The notes below the pieces were generated by a model. The model was not told the DNA's origin. It saw nothing but the letters and a program-made list of their open reading frames with translations, and ran no database searches. Positions 26,504 to 37,755 of a DNA stretch of 64,000 bases are shown one piece after another (positions within the stretch are counted from its first letter, which is position 1; the number at the start of each line of letters is the position of its first letter). This stretch comes from Sphyrna mokarran. Its lineage: Eukaryota. The stretch is from assembly GCA_024679065.1 (NCBI GenBank), contig JAGIQG010000040.1, positions 2,480,001 through 2,544,000 on the forward strand, given 5' to 3'. A program made the translations under genes and the position numbers.

Positions 26504-26799
26504 ACTCATGAGGATTCTGACATCAGCCACTGTTCTCAGGATTAAGACAGAAGGAGAAAGGTTGTCTTTAACCTATGTCTGTACTACTGCAACTAATGAC
26601 AACCATAATTTATACTGCTACCGGTAACAACCAGAAACACAGTCAGAGTTTACTCTAATAAAACAAAATGAACGGTTCAATGAGAAAAAAGATTTTGCCG
26701 AATCCTTTTTTTTAAATGACAACTCAAAAGCTTGACCAGAAAATAGAAGTGTCTGGGCTGTAACTAAGAGACACTGCAGTTACTTACTGCTTCCTGAGA
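26504..26799 (+). pseudogene. TCR V pseudogene, family C
   Basis: THEDSD..IKTEGERLSLTYV..NLYCYR*QPETQSEF..DFAE..VSGL*LRDTAVTYCFLR; no intact RSS. Confidence 0.8.
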
Positions 26800-27587
26800 C
26801 TTTACACTGATAACCACAGTTCAATCCACGGAAAGGAATTCTCTCCTCTTTACTAAATAGGATTGGGAGGCTTTTGCCAACGTCTGTTGTGAAACCGATC
26901 AATTGTGAAGAAAAGAGTAACTAATTATTCATACAATTTGTTACTTGTGTGTGTTACTTCATAATTTCAGCTTTTGTTAGGCGATGCCCTAGTGGCGTTA
27001 TTGCTAGACTATTAATCCAGAAACTCTGCTAACGTTCTGGGGTCCTGGGTTTGGAACTCGCCACAGAGGTTGTGGAAATTGAATTCGATAAAAGAAACCT
27101 GGAATTAAAAGTCTACTGATGATCATGACTTATTGCTAATGGTTGGAAATCTTCATCTGGTTCATGGTGGCACAATGGTTAGCACAGCGCCAGGGACCAG
27201 GGCTCGATTTCTGGTCCGGGTTACTGTTTGTGCAAAATCTGCAAGTTCTTCTCCTGAGTCTGCATAGGTTTCCTCCAGAATTTCCTGTTTCCTCCCACAG
27301 TTTGAAAGATGCGCTGGTTAGGTGCATTGGCCATGCTAAATTCTCACTCATTTAACCCGAACAGGCGCTGTTGTGTGGCAACGTGGAGAATTTCACAGTA
27401 ACTTCATTGCAGTGTTAATGTAAGCCTTTCTAGTGACTAATAAATAAACTTTATTTGACTTGATTTCATTTATTGTTGTCACATGCATTAATATAGTGTG
27501 AAAATTATTGTTTCTTGCATGCTGCACAAACAAAGCATAAGGTTCATCGAGATGCAAAGGAGAGGGTGTCGAATGTGGTGTTACAGT

Positions 27588-28053
27588 CATAGCAGGGATG
27601 CAGGCAAAGGTTAACTTAATATAAGGCAGGCCCGTTGACAAATCTGATGGCAAGAAGTCTCACAACACCAGGTTAAAGTCCAACCAGTTTATTTGATAGT
27701 AACCCCACAAGCTTTCGGAAACGCTGTTCCTTCGTCAAGTGTGTGGAAGGTAGAACCTTCTTGTGGGTTTACTATCAAATAAACTGGGTGGACTTTAATC
27801 TAGTGTTGTGAGACTTCTTACATAGCAGGGATGCAGGCAAAGGTTAACTTAATATAAGGCAGGCCCGTTGACAAATCTGATGGCAAGAAGTCTCACAACA
27901 CCAGGTTAAAGTCCAACCAGTTTATTTGATAGTAACCCCACAAGCTTTCAGAAACGCTGTTCCTTTGTCAAGTGTGTGGAAGGTAGAACCTTCTTGTGGG
28001 TTTACTATCAAATAAACTGGGTGGACTTTAATCTAGTGTTGTGAGACTTCTTA
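27588..28053. repeat. 233-bp tandem duplication, each unit containing an inverted Penelope pLTR pair
   Basis: Units 27588-27820 and 27821-28053 are nearly identical; ~60-bp inverted arms in each. Confidence 0.88.
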
Positions 28054-28727
28054 CTGTGTTTACCCCAGTCCGACGCCATCTCTGCATCAAGTCTGATGGC
28101 AGCAGGGAAGAAGCCATTCTTGAATCTGTTGGTATGTGACTTCAGACAATTAAACTTTCTTCCCGATGGTAGAAGGTAGAAGACAGTATGTCTGGGGTGC
28201 ATGGGGGGTCCTTAATTATACTGGTTGCTTTTCCAAGGCAGTGGACAGTGTACACAGAGTCAATGGATTGGGAGGCTGGTTTGCATGGTGGACTCGGCTT
28301 CATTCTCGAATCTTTGCAGTTTCTTACAGTCTTGGGCAGAGCAGGAGCCAAATCAAGCTGTGATACAGGCGTTTACTCTGATAAAAAGTGTTTCCCCTGA
28401 TGCATCTGTAAAAGCTGATGGAAGTCATAGATAACATTCCAAATTTCCTAGTCCCCTGAGAAAATCGCGGCATTGATTTTCTTAGCTATAGTGTCAGCAT
28501 GCCATTTAGGGAAGGAAATTTGCTGTCTTTACCTACTTTGGCTTAATGTGACTCCAGAGTCACCGCAATGTGGTTGACCCTCAACGGCTCTCGGGCACTT
28601 AGGGATGGGCAATACATGCTGGCCAACCAGAGACGCACAAATGAATAATAAAAAAAACAGTGCAAATTATTCTTAGTTTGGTTTATAAAGTTTAGAAGCA
28701 CTCGTCAGTAGGTGGATGAAGGAGGTC

Positions 28728-30068
28728 AAGGTATTGGAGAGAATTATTAGGGATAGGATTTATAGTTATTTAGAGAGAAATGAATTGATTGGGGATAGTC
28801 AGCATGGTTTCGTGAAGGGTAGGTCATGCCTTACTAACCTCATTGATTTTTTTGAGAAAGTGACCAGAGAGGTGGATGGGGGTAAGGCGGTTGATGTAGT
28901 ATATATGGACTTTAGTAAGGCTTTTGATAAGGTGGCCCATGGAAGACTTCTACAGAAAATGCAGATGTGTGGAATAGAGGGTGATTTAGCTAATTGTATT
29001 AGAAATTGGCTGGCAGATAGAAGACAGAGGGTGGTGGTTGATGGGAGATATTCATCGTGGAGTTCGGTGACGAGTGGTGTGCCTCAGGGGTCTGTTTTGG
29101 GGCCCCTGCTGTTTGTAATTTTTAGAAATGATCTGGATGAGGGTATTGAAGGATGGATTAGTAAATTTGCAGATGACACTAAAGTCGGTGGAGTGGTAGA
29201 TAGTGAAGAGGGGTGTTATAGTTTGCAGAGGGACTTGGACAAGTTGCAGAGCGGGGCCGAGAGGTGGCAAATGGAGTTTAATGTGGAAAAGTGTGAGGTA
29301 TGCACTTTGGCAGGAACAATAAATGTGTAGAGTATAAGGCCAATGGTAGGGCTCTTAATAGTGTTGAGGAACAGAAGGATCTTGGTGTATGTGTCAATAG
29401 ATCCCTGAAAGTAGGCAGTCAAGTGGATAAAGTTGTTAAGAAGGCATATGGAGTCTTAGCTTTTATTGGTAGGGGGATTGAATTTAGGAGCCGCAGCATC
29501 ATGTTGCAGCTGTACAAAACTCTAGTGCGGCCGCACTTGGAGTATTGTGTGCAGTTCTGGTCGCCACATTATAATAAAGATGTGGAGGCATTGGAGAGGG
29601 TACAGAGGAGGTTTACCAGGATGTTGCCTGGTATGGAGGGCAGGTCCTATGAAGAGAGGTTGAAGGATTTTAGGTTGTTTTCGTTAGAAAGGAGGCGGCT
29701 AAGAGGGGATCTTATTGAAGCATATAAGATGATTAGAGGTTTAGATAGGGTGGACAGTGATAGCCTTTTTCCTAGGATGGAGAATGCTAGCACGAGGGGA
29801 CACAGCTTTAAATTAAGGGGTATGAGTTATAGGACGGATATCAGAGGTAGGTTCTTTACTCAAAGAGTGATTAGGGAGTGGAATGCCCTGCCTGCAGCTG
29901 TTGTAGATGCGCCAAGTTTGGTGGCGTTTAAGAGGTTAGTTGATAAGTATATGGATGAGAAGGGAATGGTTTAGTTAGGAGGGGCATTGCTTTTTATTTT
30001 GGTCGGCACAACATCGAAGGCCGAAGGGCCTGTTCTGTGCTGTATTGTTCTATGTTCTATGTTCTATG
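28728..30068 (+). mobile_element. CR1 LINE, 1.3-kb RT/3' end, young
   Basis: [37 protein letters not shown]; one frameshift. Confidence 0.95.
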
Positions 30069-32283
30069 TCGGTTCCATTGTTGGTTTGATTGTCGGAGTT
30101 GTTACTATTTGTTTCCTTTAATCTTTGATAAAACGTGAACGTTATTGTTAAGGTCAGCATTTATTGCGCATTGTTAATTATCCTTGAGAAGGTGGTGGCC
30201 AGCTGCCTTCTTGAGCCACAGTAAGAGGTCTGGCAAACACCAACAGAGTTTACCCCAGTTGGACTGAGTTTACCCCAGTCCAACGCCGGCATCTCTACAT
30301 CATTCTTGAGCCACAGCAGTTAGGTCGTGTATGTTCACCCACAGCGCTGTTAGAGAGTAAATCCCACGATTTTGAGCTCAAAACAATGAAAGGAATGCCA
30401 TATATTCTAAATCAAGATGTGTTTCTTGAAGAGGAGCATGCATGTTGCCTGGCCTAGATGGTATTAGCTATGAAGGGAGTTTGATAAACTCGACTTGTTC
30501 TCACTGGAGCGACGAAGGTTGAGGGGCTGCTGGTTGATGTTTACAAGATTATGAGGCGCATGGGCAGAATGGATAATCAGATAAATAAGCCTTTGTACAG
30601 TGAAGGAATTAAGCGTTATGGTGAGCAGGCGGGTAAGTAGGGCTGAGTCCATGAAAAGATCAACCATTGACCTTACTGAATGGCGCAACAAGCTCGAGGG
30701 GCCAAATGGCCTACTTTTGCTCCTAGTTCTTATGTTCTGGTGCACTCTCTTAGGGTCGACAAGTCAAGTACCAGGGGACATAGGTTTAAGGCGCATAGGG
30801 AAAAGTTGAGAGGAGACGTGCGAGGCAAGTTTTTTACACAGAGTTTGGTACGCACTGCCCAGGGAGGTGGTGGGAGCAGGTACGATAGTGTTATTTAAGG
30901 GGCAACTAGGCAAGTACCTGAGGTGGATGGAAATGGAAGGGTAGGGACTCCATGAGTGCAGGCGGTTTTAGTTTAGGCAGGCATCATGATGGGCGTAGGC
31001 TGGGAGGGCCGAAGGCCTGTTCCTGTGCCGTACTTTTCTTTGTTCATTGTATACAGGCGCTGATGCTCCTAAGCATCAGCTGTGGAAAAGATTGCGGGTT
31101 TGGAAGGTACCGTCAAAAGATGCACGACCTGCTATTTAGTCACTTAATTTTATATTCGGAAACCGATCTCAAATGGACATCTCTCATTAGCATGGTTAAG
31201 CAATAGATGACCATAGTAAGTTATTTGTATTGTAAATGAGCTGTGAAAATTTCCAATGATCAACCAATCGAAGGCCGCTGGGTCAATGCATTATCCCATT
31301 CTATTCGTATCCAACAAATAGTCACTCCCACAGTTGCCCCGTTCCGGCCCCACACCCCATCTCCGCCATCCCCCCACTATATAATTCATTCAATCACTTC
31401 GCGTTTCTATTTAATTAATTTTGTATTGAGTTCTCTCAGGGCGCAGTGGCCCTCTCTATTGGCTGTTATTCCAAATATTAACCATATGCCTATCCACTGA
31501 CCATCTGAACGCCCTTAAAGTTGGCGAGTCCACAACTGCTGCAGGCAGGGCATTCCACGCCCTTACTACCCTCTGAGTAAAGAACCTACCTCTGACATCC
31601 GTCCTCTAATCACGACCCCTCAATTTAAAGCTATGTCCCCTCGTGTTAGCCATCACCATCCGAGGAAAAAGGCTCTCACTGTCCACCCTATCTAACCCTC
31701 TGATCATCTTGTACGCCTCAATTAGGTCATCTCTTAACCTTCTCCTCTCTAACGAAAATAACCTCAAGTTCATGTGATCACTGGGAAGGAGGGGGGTCAT
31801 GTGGCCAAATTTGTATCAATGATGTTAATCTCAATGTTCTTCTACACACCTACTTTAACTATCAAAATGTCTAGTCGTCTTCCATTTCAGCCGGAAACTA
31901 TTTCACGCATCTAGCACTTTCCTGGAATAAGATGGATTTCTCGATATTGTCTGATAATTATTTTTCAGACTTTAAACCCGTGTGCCGGTGTAAATCTTAC
32001 CAACTCAATTAGCAGAACATGCTGTCAATGCACGATGCGTCTGTAGGTGGCGCTCAAGGAACTGGATGGGATTCTGCTTGAAAGAAATAGATCACAACAA
32101 CAAGAATCTTGAATGTTTTATTTCACAGAAATAGGGAATGATCAGTAGGACAGAAAGTGAGGAAAGGGTAATATTTTATTGCAGTCAGACACCACAGAGG
32201 ATAACAGGGCCAATTATAGGACCTCATACATTTTCCCTTTGACTTGGCTGCCCTGATCTCTCCGAGTGGGGAGTTTGTCATCC

Positions 32284-32451
32284 TTATCCTCTGACTACCA
32301 TCTCCGCTCGGGACTGTTCCAGAAGCTGGAGACCGGAACACTCTACCAGAGAGACAGCGACCTCGTTCAAACAATGAAACACTGCGAGTTGTTGACTACA
32401 ACTCCTGTACCTACGTGCTAGCAGCGCCAGAATGACGAATGAGATTTTCAT
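32284..32451 (-). pseudogene. Truncated V pseudogene: leader + 72-bp intron + start of FR1
   Basis: MKISFVILALLA C|gtaggt...ctggtag|AG CSGLQLLEQSRAEMVVRG*. Decayed homologues of the leader at ~10035-10090 and ~23005-23060. Confidence 0.6.
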
Positions 32452-33044
32452 TTCTTGCTGATGATACGTCTTCCAATTCATGTATCAAAAGGAAAACGGT
32501 GCACACAGACCACAGGGAGAGCACATACCGAGTGAAAGCACCGAATCTTCACATAATTAGAGACAGAACCAGGCAATCAAAGTCTCTGCCACGTGATATG
32601 CTGCTTTTGCAAATCCGTTTGTAAAAACGGATTTGCTCTACTCTCTACTATCCCTCTACTCTACCCTCTACTCTCTTCACGGGCAGTTCACAGCAGGATG
32701 TTTGTTGTATGAAAGCCAGTGGATTCTCCTTCTCCCCGTAAGTGGAAGTGAGGAAAATAGAATCTCTTTGCATTAGTGCTTCTCAAAATGGGCTTTCCTG
32801 GCCCTGGGTGTTGGAGTCCAGCAAAGTAATTTCCTCCGAACGGGCGGGAGTGGGGAGGGGGCGCGGACATGTATCACTGGACCTGGCTGAGTGAACAAAC
32901 TGAATAATCCTTTCGTTCTAGAAGGACAAGATCTGCACTCTTACCCTTTCAAGAAGTCAACGCATTCAGGACAATCTGAGAAACGCCTCCCTTAGGGAAT
33001 GGACAAGGCTTCTTTTATGAGTCGCGGCATTTGGAGAGAGAAGT

Positions 33045-33333
33045 ACATAGAACATAGAACATTACAGCGCAGAACAGGCCCTTCGGCCCTCGATGTTGCG
33101 CCGACCAATTAGGAAAAAGCAATGACCCTCTAACCTAAACCATTCCCTTTTCAACCGTAAACTTATCTATTGACTTCTTAAACGCCCCCAAACTTGGCGC
33201 ATCTACAACTGCAGCAGGCAGGGCATTCCATACCCTTACCACCCTCTGGGTAAAGAACCTACCTCTGACATCCGTCCTATAACTACCACTCCTTAATTTA
33301 AAGCTATGTCCCCTCGTGCTAGCTTTCTCCATC
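33045..33333 (-). mobile_element. CR1 3' fragment just downstream of the V4 RSS
   Basis: RMEKASTRGHSFKL; tail repeats. Confidence 0.85.
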
Positions 33334-33371
33334 CGAGCATGTGTAGAGATTGTCAAATCGGAAACTGCAGT

Positions 33372-33410
33372 AGATATTGTACTGGGGCGCTCAGTCCTTG
33401 TCTCACTGTG
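33372..33410 (-). other. 23-RSS of V4
   Basis: CACAGTG + 23 nt + ACAATATCT. Confidence 0.92.
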
Positions 33411-33691
33411 CCTCATTGCACAGTGATACACTCCAGCATCTGACGTTGCCGTGCTGTCGATTCCGAGAATGTTATAACTTCTTGTTGGGTCAATGAAGAG
33501 CGTGAACCGCCCGTCAGTGGCGTTGCCACTAATAGCCGACAGGATGAATGTCGGACCACCATTCCTTAGTTGTCTATACCAATGGATACTGTCGGTACCA
33601 CTGGTACTTGCATTGCACCGGATTTCAATCGATTGTCCCTCTTGTGCATTTACCAGCTGCGGCTGTTGAATCGCAGTCTCTCCGCCCATAA
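33411..33691 (-). CDS. TCR V exon, family A copy 3 (V4)
   Basis: VMGGETAIQQPQLVNAQEGQSIEIRCNAS..IHWYRQ..DAGVYHCAMR; open frame. Confidence 0.93.
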
Positions 33692-33772
33692 CTGTTGAGA
33701 AAAGGGGGAACAAAAAATTAGAAACGCAAAAGAAAAAGATGGAACTACGATTGCTTGCACAAAACATCTCAC

Positions 33773-33809
33773 CTAAAAGCAATAAGTTGAGAGCAATTAT
33801 TTCATTCAT
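33773..33809 (-). CDS. Leader exon of V4 (MNEIIALNLLLL-)
   Basis: 37-nt phase-1 exon, G|gtgaga donor, 81-bp intron. Confidence 0.88.
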
Positions 33810-33860
33810 TGCGTTTTCCCGTTTATTGCTCTCAGCGGATGAGAAATATTGCAGAGAATT

Positions 33861-34542
33861 AGAACATAGAACATAGAACAATACAGCACAGAACAGGCCC
33901 TTCGGCCTTCGATGTTGTGCCGACCAAAATAAAAAGCAATGCCCCTCCTAACTAAACCATTCCCTTCTCATCCATATACTTATCAACTAACCTCTTAAAC
34001 GCCACCAAACTTGGCGCATCTACAACAGCTGCAGGCAGGCCATTCCACTCCCTAATCACTCTTTGAGTAAAGAACCTACCTCTGATATCCGTCCTATAAC
34101 TATCACCCCTTAATTTAAAGCTGTGTCCCCTCGTGCTAGCTTTCTCCATCCTAGGAAAAAGGCTATCACTGTCCACCCTATCTAAACCTCTAATCATTTT
34201 ATATGCTTCAATAAGATCCCCTCTTAGCCGCCTCCTTTCTAACGAAAACAACCTCAAATCCCTCAGCCTCTCTTCATAAGACCTGCCCTCCATACCAGCA
34301 ACATCCTGGTAAACCTCCTCTGTACCCTCTCCAATGCCTCCACATCTTTCTTATAATTTGGCGACCAGAACTGCACACAATACTCCAAGTGCGGCCGCAC
34401 TAGAGTTTTGTACAGCTGCAACATGATGCTGCGGCTCCTAAATTCAATCCCCCTACCAATAAAAGCTAAGACTCCATAAGCCTTCTTAACAACTTTATCC
34501 ACTTGACTGCCTACTTTCAGGGATCTATTGACACATACACCA
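33861..34542 (-). mobile_element. CR1 3' fragment between the V4 TATA box and ATG
   Basis: ORFs 33952-34502; flanks collinear with the V3 promoter. Confidence 0.9.
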
Positions 34543-35049
34543 AATTGATTCCGTTTAGGTTGGTTCTGGTGTGCAATCGATTATGTTTTCCTCTGCCTGC
34601 TATGAAGGCACGTTTTTCTTATATATGCACCGAAGGTCCGGGGAGCATCCAATGCTGAGGCTCTCGGCTTACTGAGACGCCCCCTCGTGGTCATATTTCA
34701 TTATCTACTGACTCAAAACAATTATGGTCCCCGTGAAACTCATGACATTGGAGTCAGGCGTTTGTCCTCTGAGGGTCTTAGACCTGGACTGAAATCTAAT
34801 CCTGGCAGAGTGTGGTCAAGGTGTGAAGATGAGGAACTGAGTAGGGGAATGGAACAGGCATTCGGCCTTCAACCAGCATCTAATCAATTTGTATCTCAGC
34901 ATCAAAAATATTAGTGCGCTTATAATTTGTAAAATAGTCCACGGATTCAAAGCGTTAACATTGTTTCTCTCTCCACAGATGCTCCCAGATCTGCATTTAT
35001 TCGAATATTTGCAGAAGAGAATTTCCGGGATGCGTGGCGGCCCTTCATT

Positions 35050-35532
35050 TTAGAACATAGAACATAGAGCACTACAGCACAAACAGGCCCTTCCGCCCAC
35101 AAGTTGTGCAGGTCATACCTATACCTACCAGATCTGTAACTCCCAATCCCATTAAATCCCATATACTCATCCAGAAGTCTCTTGAAAGACCCCAGCGAGT
35201 TCGCCTCTACCACCACTGGTGGCAGCCAATTCCACTCACCCACCATCCTCTGAGTGTAATATCCCCTGACATCTCCTCTGTACCTACTCCCCAGCACATT
35301 AAACCTGTGTCCTCTCGTAGCAACGATTTCAGTCCTGGGAAAAAGCCTCTGAGAATCCACCCGATCAATACCTCTCAACATCTTAGACATCTCAATCAGG
35401 TTCCCCCTCATCCTTCGTCTCTCTAAGGAGAAAAGACCGAGCTCCCTTAACCTATCCTCATAAGGCATGCCACCCAATCCAGGCAACATCCTTGTAAATC
35501 TCCTCTGCACCCTTTCAATAGCTTCCACATCC
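35050..35532 (-). mobile_element. CR1 3' fragment
   Basis: ORF 34947-35528. Confidence 0.85.
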
Positions 35533-36942
35533 CAAGAAATATTTTAAAACTTCCAAAGCATCCCTATTTGTGTCCTTATGCCCTTGTTAAAATTCAAGGC
35601 CTTCTTGAAGGCTTACAAATAACTGCAATTAGCAATTAGATCAATCTTTAGTCTCTGTGTCCCATTTATCATAGTGGGGGTGCGTAGTGTCTATATGATT
35701 AGAACGTGTTGCTGGATGAGACACGTAGAAAATTAATACGTTTTGCAATGTACCGATTACACTTTTAGTTGCATCAATATTTATTTTCCTTTCAACTGAT
35801 TGTTTTCTGACACAATTGGCAGACCAATATTTTTGGCTTAACATAACCAGGCTTTAACCATAAGACCATATGAAGTAGAATTAGGATAGGGCCTCTCGAG
35901 CCTGCTCCGTCATTTAATGGAATCGTCGCTAATCCAACATTCTCACCCTCACTTTGCTGTCCTTTTCTTGTAACCCTTGGTTCACTTATTGATCAAAAAT
36001 CTATCTATCTCAGTCTTAAATATACACAATGACTCTACCACCACAGATCTCTGTAGCAATGAGTTCAAAAGACTTACAAACCTCAGAAAGAAGAAATTGC
36101 TCCTCATCTTAGTTTTCAATTGGCGTCCCTCTATTCTGAGACTGTGCCCTCTGTTCCTGGGTTCTTCCATTAGGGGGAGCATCCTCTCAGCATTTACCAT
36201 GTTAACCGCTAGGAGTGGGAAGAAAGACACTGAATTAAATTCAATATTGGAGCGAGTGTCGTTGTTGAAGAGAATCTGATTGATGGAACAAATGAGGAAA
36301 CACAAACGTAATTATAACACTGATATCAAACTTGTTATTTCAAAAAATATTCTTATGAGTTTTCAGTGTTGCTATTCCTGTGGTTATGTAACAAATATTC
36401 GATAGAAAGACCAGTTCCCATTACACAAGTTCCCAAATTATCGAACGATATTTTAGGACTAACATCTGGGCCTTCTTGTCACACCGGGATTGGTCACCGT
36501 GTGGAATAAAACTTCAGCAAGAGTGAGGAAGGAAAGTACATTGCAGTCGTTGGATAGCCGAGTAAATGAAAGTTCTCCCGCAATAGAAAGTCTATAACAA
36601 GAAAGAGTAAACAGCTGTTCTCATTTGCAACTGTCTTGCGAATTGCAACTTGTCGATCGTCCAAGTGGGGAATCGCACCTTGCAATTACCAATACGCACC
36701 AGAAGAGAGCAGTATGAGGCATAAGAAGTATTTAAACTGGGCGGGTCAGGTGAGTCCTCAAAGGCTGTGTGAGCTGGTGTCAATGTTGAGCGCTCAGTGT
36801 GGAGGAAGAATGGTGAAAGGAGAACCCGCCTACTGTTGTTAGTTCAACAGAAACACGGCACTAAACTGGACACGAAGAAAGCATTTGGCTCCCGGTTAAC
36901 TTTCATCTTCTGGTTCTAAGCTGATCTCAGTGTCAACCGAGA

Positions 36943-37275
36943 ATGCTCAAGATTTGCGTCGACTTTTTGCTGTTTTTCGCTCTGATCTGTACGGGGGTGA
37001 GCGGAGAAGCTGAGTTGCTGCAGGCCCCTCCACGGATGGTTGTCAGTGAAGCCGGAAATGTGTCCATGAACTGCACCAGCTCCATTACATTTCAGGTCCT
37101 GCATTGGTACAAACAGCTCCCGAAACAGCCACCCCAGCATCTGGTGATGGCCACAAGAGGAACCGATCAACATGGCAGGATAACTGCTTCGATCGATAAA
37201 AGCAACAAACTCAGCGTCCTGACTGTGAGAGACGTACAGGTTTCAGACGCTGCCGCCTATCTTTGCGCCGTGAGG
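36943..37275 (+). CDS. TCR alpha-type V segment with leader and V in one ORF (V5)
   Basis: MLKICVDFLLFFALICTGVSG signal-like peptide is contiguous with EAELLQAPP..MNC..LHWYKQ..DAAAYLCAVR. Confidence 0.88.
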
Positions 37276-37314
37276 CACACTGTTGCAAACACAGGGAGAT
37301 CTCGTACAGAAACC
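37276..37314 (+). other. 23-RSS of V5
   Basis: CACACTG + 23 nt + ACAGAAACC. Confidence 0.85.
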
Positions 37315-37496
37315 TGCACCGTTTCCAAAACTCGCTCCTGAGATATCAGCATTTTAAGAAGGGCGCGGCATTGAATCCCCAGGGTAAGAGAGCAAAACGT
37401 GTCTTGAATCAGAAAATTTTGAAAAGGTTAGAACGAAGAGAGTTGGGACTGCATTTGAAGGAAATGGAAGAGGTTATCTACAAGTCAGAGCGAATG

Positions 37497-37755
37497 GGCG
37501 GCACGGTAGCGCACTGGTTACTACTGCTGCCTCACAACACCAGGGATACGGGTTTGATTCCCATCTTGGGCCACTGAGTTTGCACGTTCTCCCCGTGTCT
37601 GCGCGGGTTTCCTCCGGGTGCTCCGGTTTCCTTCCACTTTCTGGTTAGGTGCATTGACTCCCAGTAGACGCCGTAGACTGTGGCGAGTAGGGGAATTTCA
37701 CAGTAACTTCATTGCACTGTTAACGTAAGCGTTACACGTGGCTAATAAATTAACT
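37497..37755 (+). mobile_element. tRNA-derived SINE
   Basis: gggcggcacggtagc..gggtttgattcc head. Confidence 0.75.

Noticed and set aside
27588-28053. Repeats with hairpins resembling a CRISPR array or DNA transposon
   Set aside because: No unique spacers or transposase; the sequence matches Penelope pLTR ends.
33135-33881. 248-aa ORF appearing to fuse a V domain to a LINE C-terminus
   Set aside because: Chance read-through of an in-frame 81-bp intron, the RSS and a downstream CR1; RSS and splice sites define the real gene.
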